From Eledone cirrhosa (Eukaryota), in assembly GCA_964016885.1 (NCBI GenBank), contig OZ024744.1, forward strand, positions 87,234,001 through 87,298,000: a stretch of 64,000 nucleotides of DNA. The letters are read 5' to 3'. Shown piece after piece: positions 56,104 through 64,000 of the stretch. The notes under the pieces are model-generated. The model saw nothing but the letters and a program-made list of their open reading frames with translations. It made no database searches and was not told the origin of the DNA. The stretch's first letter is position 1, and each line of letters begins with the position of its first letter. A program made the translations under genes and the position numbers.

Positions 56104-56896
56104 TGTAATATATATATATATTCTCCCGTCCATTCTATTCCCATCTCATTTCCCGTCGCAATTCTATTTAATTGAAGATGAGAGATTCTGGGTTGGCTCT
56201 TCCTGTTGGCCGAATAATTTAGCATACCGTACTGTACCTCCGTAAAAGATGTGCTGCGTGTGCATATGAATATGGATACTGGTTTCAACCTAAAAAGGCC
56301 TGAAACCAGATGACTTCCAGCGACCAAGTGATTAGAAAATACAGCCCTGTGTTTCGTACACTTTGTCGCTTCATTCTATTGACCTTAGCCACGCGAGACA
56401 CCTTTTCACATTGATATGTATTTAAACTTTACACCACATGCGTTCTCTGTTCTCTCCTCTTTTTTTTCTTTCTCTCAATTACTTTCTCTCTGCTCGTTGT
56501 GTCTGTCTATATAGAACTTCCGTCCAAACGAATAATTATTTTTATAATGTTTTGTATATTCTCTGTCTTTTCCAGCTTCATTTTCTCACTTCGCCTTCTG
56601 TGAGTACTTTCACTTCTTAGCTAATATGTTGGGAATTGTTTCTATTTCTTTTTTTCCAGTTGCAGTTCATTGGTTTGTAGCAAATTTTATTTTATTTGTA
56701 AATAGTCGAAAGATCGATCTTCCTGTTTTGTGTCCATTTGATACTTCCCCATGTGCATCGAAACCACGAAGAGCTCCAGCAATCGATTGATGAGAAGGCA
56801 CTGGACTGTGTTTCGTCAATTTTCCCGTTGTCTTCGCCCACTTATTTGTATACATTTTGTATGTTCTTAGCCACGCGGGACACTTTTTCAAATTGT

Positions 56897-56941
<45 letters not shown>

Positions 56942-56944
<3 letters not shown>

Positions 56945-57069
56945 GGAGTGGTAACACAACACTTAGTTCAACATACCGAGAACAATTGTTTCACCTTAGC
57001 CTCGGTATGGTGGACTAACTGTTGTGTTACCACTTCTACCTAACCACCACAGATATTGCCTTCCAGTGT

Positions 57070-57075
<6 letters not shown>
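56942..57075. mobile_element. Small fold-back element with an HHR-like 3' half on the minus strand
   Basis: Arms 56942-56979 and 57001-57039; minus strand ggt GAAA caattg TT ctcgg. Confidence 0.5.
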
Positions 57076-57132
<57 letters not shown>

Positions 57133-57564
57133 GAATAAATGTACGAGTAAAATTAGTTTGTGTAGATAAGTGTACAAACAAAAATAAAACAAGTAACATT
57201 GCCTACCAATGTATTTTTCTCAATATGGTCCTTGTATATTACGGTAATATATATATATAATTGTTTCTACTTTAGGCACAAGGCCAGCAATTACGCCAGT
57301 GTATTACTGGTAATGAAATATATGGAGAATAGAAATGGCTGTGTAGTTGTTATTTAAGGTAACTTAAAATGAAGTGGGTATACGAAGAAAGCAAGAAGGG
57401 CAGGGGAGGAGTTCCTCATCAGTTGTCTACTGGGGGTGTAGGATATTTCTACGCTTTAAAGACAAGATACCACTTCACCCCAGGGCGTCAATAACTGGAT
57501 TATTTATTGGGAAAACGAAGGAAGGAGGGAAAGAAACCAAAAGGGAAGAAAAGAGAAACAAATA

Positions 57565-57682
<118 letters not shown>

Positions 57683-58311
57683 TTTTCATTGTGTCTATAA
57701 AAGGTAAACATAAATAACAACACAATCGGTACAGTATATGGACGAATATATTAGTTTAACGCTTGAAGTAGTTGGAAGAGGGTCTTAACGTTTCGGTCGA
57801 TAGTCCTTCATCGGAAGAAATTAGAAAGATTGAAGAGATGGGCAAGGTCGAATCGGAAAAAATGCTGCTATCTCTTGGAAAACTGTTGATGCTGGCGTTT
57901 CGTGTATGATATATGTTTTTTAGGAAAGTGATACATATATATACATATGTGTGTGTATATATATATATATATATAAATTAATTGTGTGCTAATATTAATA
58001 TACTAATATATATTTTGCTTTACTATTTATTCTTTCTTTTTTTGTGATGTAGGTAGAATACAGTAATTAGGATTGTTTTTCCTTTAAAGTAAATTTTTGC
58101 TATTAACTAAAGATTTTCCACTACATACAAACACATTTATGGCTTTACTCTTCTTCGGTGTAATTTTGTGGATATTTCTTATATTCTCTAATATTAAAAT
58201 CTGAAGATCAAAAGATTTAGCTGACATGTTGTCTTCACTGTGAAAAAAACAAAACAAAATAAAACATACTACACTCATCATATAATTTCGTGTTTGATTG
58301 TCTTTCCTCTC

Positions 58312-58347
<36 letters not shown>

Positions 58348-58361
58348 ATAGTATATAACAC

Positions 58362-58458
<97 letters not shown>

Positions 58459-59197
58459 TATATATATACCCATATATATATATATATATATATACACAAA
58501 CATATGTGACTGCGTCTGTCAGTCAGTTGTGCTCATTTTCATATTTTACATTGATTGGAAACTCACGCACATTTTATCTATTTCTCTCTTCTTCTTTCTT
58601 TCTTCCTTCCTTCTTTCTCCCCCCTCTCTCCTTCTAGCTATCTCTCTCTGTCTCCCTCTCTCTCTTTCTGCACTATCAGAATGCTATTCTGACCTATTTT
58701 TGTCCACTCCATTTCAACAGTCGAACTTCGTTTCCTGATATACAGCTCTAGTGTTAATATAACTTATATTTGTCTTTCTCCACATCTTAACTGAACGAGA
58801 CGAAAAGTTATTTTTCTTTCAGTGATGTTCCACCTGCAGACATGGGGCACGTACTTTTACATTCGAAATATTCTATTCGTTTTATTCCTATTGGTTTTCT
58901 TTGCAGTAACCATGTGTTTTGTATAGACAATTTCGATTTATACCTCGTCTTTATATTTTTGACACAGATCTGTTTCCTTATATCGAAAGACGCTCGCATC
59001 CAGTATATTTATCTCTTGTTTTGGGCCTATTCGCTACTAGCTCTAGCAACAGATGCAGCTTTATGTGCAGTATTTACCATATGCATCGGAACATCGAAAT
59101 CGAAATGTTAGGTTACCTACAATCAGTGGCTAAAAAAACTAACATTGTTCTCCGTTTGGCTGTCATACCTATTTTTGTTCATGTGGTACATATTTTG

Positions 59198-59315
<118 letters not shown>

Positions 59316-59633
59316 CAGAGTTTTGTAGCTTGCTAGAAGCATTGTTTAATAGGAAACACAGATTTAAATTTTGAAGACCAACACAATGCGTATGAAGAAC
59401 GTTAAATTGCCAAGATAGCAAAAGGATCTTACACTAGCAAATTTAACGATATATATATATATTTGTATATACTACGTGTATGTATTTGTTTTGCAAGATG
59501 TCTAGTTTAATAACTAGATAGTTCTTTATTTGTTGATTGTCTAAGTTCTTTCGCCACGCATTCTGTGATCTCCTCAGTAACTATTTTTGTTGTTTTTGTC
59601 TCTCTCCTTTCTTGTCTCCTACACCATCATCTT

Positions 59634-59705
<72 letters not shown>

Positions 59706-59727
59706 ACACACACACACACATACATAC

Positions 59728-59812
<85 letters not shown>

Positions 59813-60567
59813 TACACATATATATATATTTATATATACTTGTATATACACAATTGTAAGAATGTCAATCAACTCTCAATATGTTAGTGAATGGGATGGA
59901 GATTACTCAATACATGTTCAAGGGTATATGGTCTGTTTAAACTGAATTCTCGCAAACATGCATTATTTTCTGTCTGCAATTCTACAAAATATCTAATAGT
60001 CTCTGGGTTTCCTGCCTAATTTCCTGCCTTAGTCAATTGTTGGTGCGCATGCTTAAACTTAGTTCTTCATCAGCCCTTTATGCTTGTGTGAGTTTTGTTA
60101 TATACACCTTTCTGTATGTGTGTCAGAATAAGAATTTATACAATGCGCATAATTTGTATTATATTGCTTACATATATGTACATTTGACTATATATGTATA
60201 TTTGAAAAATTGTTTGAATTTTACTTGTTCCACTTATCTCAATTTTATAGTTCTGGTATGTCAAATCAATACCATAGAACAACAACTGTATCATAGACAC
60301 CCTATATATTTCCAAGGGTACTTAGTACCTGTGGTAATATTGATCTCCTTTTTATATATTTTCCTATGTGTAGAGAAAAAATCCGTTGTTTACCTAGCTG
60401 CTATTTTTAGTGGCGTGATAGACAACACGTCTATGTTTACTCCCGCTTCTACTAAGGGCTAGTTCATGTGTAGGTCAAGTTTACGACCTCATTCTATTCT
60501 GCACTAGCTAGCTGAAGGCAATATATTTTGGCGCTCGTGGGACTTTACGTCCTATGTAAGGGAAAAA

Positions 60568-60649
60568 TGCTTTCTGAAGAGCCGAACATTTCCATGTGAA
60601 GTCCCTTGGATTTCCAATCTTTTGTGAGGTGAAACCGTCGGTAAAAGCA
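60568..60649 (+). ncRNA. Type I hammerhead ribozyme with long stem II loop
   Basis: tgcttt CTGAAGA gcc[44 nt]ggt GAAA ccg-t-cgg TA aaagca. Confidence 0.75.
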
Positions 60650-60729
60650 AAAAGAATAGGTAAATATTTAAATTATATTTTTTGAATTTATTTTGAAAAA
60701 TTGTTTGAAATTTTCTTGCTGCGCTTATC

Positions 60730-60810
<81 letters not shown>

Positions 60811-60816
60811 ATGTAC

Positions 60817-60891
<75 letters not shown>

Positions 60892-61120
60892 GTATATATA
60901 TGTACAGAAAACGTTTTTATGTTAGATAAACAATAGCAAAACAAAATATGATCATTAAGACACCATCAACTAAGACACGAGGGTAAACCACAAAAGGAGC
61001 GGACGAGATCGAGAGAGAGAGAATGAGGCGGGATAGAGAGACTAATTTATATTTAGAGACAGTATAAAGAAAATACATAGAAAATATGAACTATACAGAC
61101 GGATAGGAACTTATATTCCA

Positions 61121-61172
<52 letters not shown>

Positions 61173-61819
61173 AATATAAATTTAGCGAGAATCGCATTTC
61201 GGCGGGTAGAAATTGGCGAAACGCAACTTCCGTATTGTGCAGACAAGCGCTCCATGGATATGAAGATACCAGAGCTATAAAAATAAGTTAAAATGGTCAT
61301 ACACACTTAAGAAGCCATTAACCGCCAGAGTCAAAAAAGCGAAGAAGCTAAACGGGTCAAACAAAATAAAATATGAGTGAAAAAGTTACCCGGACCCTCG
61401 GGTAAGATGGAATTCTCCGAAATTTCGGTTTCTGCAACACCTAAATCAATAATACTGTCTGCTTATAAAAAATAAGCTTTTGGTATAATGATCGAACAAG
61501 ACATCGCTTTCTCAACAGGCATTTTGTTCTTCGTGGGCCAGAATCTCACAAGTTATGAAAGCACATGTGAGGTTCTAAGGGGAGAAAACCCTTATTTTAG
61601 CCAGTGAATTCAGCGTGTGTAGTTATTGCATAACATTTGCAAAAATAGCACAAAACGAATTAAGATCTCGACCGAGTTGTTTTTAAAATAAACTTAAGCG
61701 ATTAATCAGTCAATAGAATTAACTAAAAAGCCCCCAAAATTAACTGGTTAATCGCTTGACTTAGGAGATTAATACAAATATAAATATATATATATACAAT
61801 AAATTAATACAAATATATA

Positions 61820-62251
61820 TAAGCAGAAGGGATATTCAATTTGTTGGTATTTCAACAAATATAAATGTTTATAACTGATTCAGAGCACTCGACAAGTTTT
61901 CTGGAGTTTAACATTGAATGATATTAAATAAATGGAAACTATATTTATAAAACCATATTTATTCTATTATATATATTTCAAGGGTACCAAAACTTTGGTA
62001 CACTTTCATCAGATAAAATACAAAGTTTGTTTTATAAATTTTGACATAACCAAGAAAAAATACCTTAATGGTTCAAGTTATACAAGAAAAACTTGAACCG
62101 TTAAGGTATTTTTTCTTGGTTATGTCAAAATATATATAACAAACTTTGTATTTTATCTGATGAAAGTGTACCAAAGTGTTGGTACCCTTGAAATATATAT
62201 AATAGAATAAATATGGTTTTATAAATATAGTTTCCATTTATTTAATATCAT

Positions 62252-62252
<1 letters not shown>
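61820..62252. mobile_element. Family A fold-back element with two divergent HHRs (61960-62020 minus, 62149-62209 plus)
   Basis: ~160-bp arms, 10-nt spacer; tattttat CTGATGA aagtgtaccaa-agtg-ttggtaccctt GAAA tatata TA atagaata. Confidence 0.85.
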
Positions 62253-62282
<30 letters not shown>

Positions 62283-62373
62283 TACCGTATATATCTCTCT
62301 ATATATATATGTATGTATATCTATATATACATATGTATGTGTATATATATATGTGTATATATATATATATGTA

Positions 62374-62515
<142 letters not shown>

Positions 62516-62744
62516 TATACATTTATATGAATATTAAGAGATAGAATGTATGGGGGTTTAATTCAGGTAGATAAATAGTAGATGAATAAAAATGGTGGAG
62601 AAAAACTCCTCAAAACAGAGAACAGAGTAAATAGAAATCTATCGTCAGTGAAGACAAGAAAACATTATAATTTATATCTTGTATGATTGCAGCTGCTTTA
62701 TAACCTGCTTCATATAAGATTACACGATGTTTATTTAATCCACA

Positions 62745-63832
62745 TAATGATGGTGATAGTATTGATAGTGTTGTTGGTGGTGGTGGTGGTGGTGGTGATA
62801 GTGTTGATGGTGGTGGTGATAGTGTTGATGGTGGTGGTGATAGTGTTGATGGCGGTGGTGGTGGTGGAGGTGATGATGGTTGAGGTGATGATAGTGTTGA
62901 TGATGATGGTGGTGGTGGTGGTGGTGGGCTGGGAGGGTGATAGTGTTGATTGTGGTGTGGTGGTGGTGGTGGTGATGGTGGTGGTGATAGTGTTGATGGC
63001 GGTGGTGGTGGTGGAGGTGATGATAGTGTTGATGGTGGTGGGCTGGGGTGGTGGTGGTGGTGGTGGTGACGAAAGTGATGATGATGGTGGTGGAACTGAT
63101 GATAGTGTTGATGGTGGTGGTGGTGGTGGAGGTGATGGTGGTGGTGGTCGTGGTGATGATAGTGTTGATGATGGTGGGGTTGGGGTTGACGACAGTGTTG
63201 ATGATGGTGGTGGGGGTGTGGAGGTGGTGACGATAGTGTTGATGTTGGTGGTGGTGGTGGTGGTGGAGGTGGTGATAGTGTTGAAGGTGGTGGGGTGTGG
63301 ATGGAGGTGACGATAGTGTTGATGATGGTGGTGGTGGTGGAGGTGATGATAGTGCTGATGGTGGTGGTGGTGGTGGCGGCGGCGGCAGAATTAATGTGAA
63401 TGGCTGTAGTAGTAGTTCTGGCGAGGTGTTAGGCGGGGGAGCAGTAGTGATGATCTTTAAGTGTCCGAGTATGTTGTGGCGCTGATCGTAATTATGGTGA
63501 TGATGGTGATAGTGGTGGTCGTGGTGGTGATAGTGGTGGTGGTGGTGGTGATAGTGGTGGTGGTGATGGTGGTGGTGGTGATGATGGTGATGGTGGTGGT
63601 GGTGATGTTGGTGGTGATGTTGGTGGTGATGTTGGTGGTGATGTTGGTGGTGATGATGATGTTGATGATGTTGGTGGTGATGATGTTGATGATGGTGATG
63701 ATGTTGATGATGGGGGTGCTGGTGGTAATTATAGTGGTGCAGATGATGTTAATAATGATGATGATGATGATGATGGTGATGATAGTGATGGTGATGTTGA
63801 TTATCATCATCATCATCATCATCATCATCGTC
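62745..63832. repeat. (GGT)n/(GAT)n compound triplet repeat
   Basis: Direct reading. Confidence 0.95.
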
Positions 63833-64000
63833 GTTCGTACGTATTTTTTCTATTAACGATTTAACCGTAACATGTTTTCTTTTGGCTTTTCTTTTTTTTT
63901 TTGTTATTTCCCTTCAAAATAAGATATTCCAGTTTTTCTTTCCTTCATTCTTTCATTCTTCCGTTCCTTTTTAATTACATCGCAATTTTAGAATGCATCT

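Noticed and set aside
56784-56822. SECIS-like hairpin (ATGA-stem)
   Set aside because: Lacks the 3' GA of the quartet and the apical AA, and there is no linked ORF.
58820-59180. Possible piggyBac transposase C-terminal remnant (minus strand)
   Set aside because: Needs several assumed frameshifts; too weak without an alignment.

Overview
AT-rich eukaryotic non-coding DNA, dense with (TA)n, (CA)n, (TATG)n, (TATC)n and triplet microsatellites, with a 200-N gap at 30240-30439. The SINE families present suggest a coleoid cephalopod, probably an octopod (inference). I found no intact host protein-coding gene, and almost all ORFs in the supplied track are microsatellite artefacts. The main hidden signal, found by eye, is about 30 type I hammerhead ribozyme (HHR) motifs (CUGANGA...GAAA...UH with pairable stems; a good part are mutated) from at least 14 unrelated sequence families. 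Most lie in short elements inserted in (TA)n tracts, and many of these elements are fold-backs. This architecture and a GIY-YIG C-terminal remnant at 3-153 point to termini of Penelope-like retroelements (PLEs). Unusual HHR variants include a U3-A8 core, long stem II insertions, mismatches at the base of stem II and U17 cleavage sites. Several families also share an ACTC...GAGTRC tail hairpin. Other content: tRNA-derived SINEs, a bipartite non-autonomous RTE element (one copy with a ~237-bp direct repeat flanking it), decayed CR1, R4/Dong-like, Tx1-like and CRE-like LINE fragments, hAT/mariner/piggyBac-type MITEs and a Helitron 3' end. All calls are manual; no folding or database search was run.
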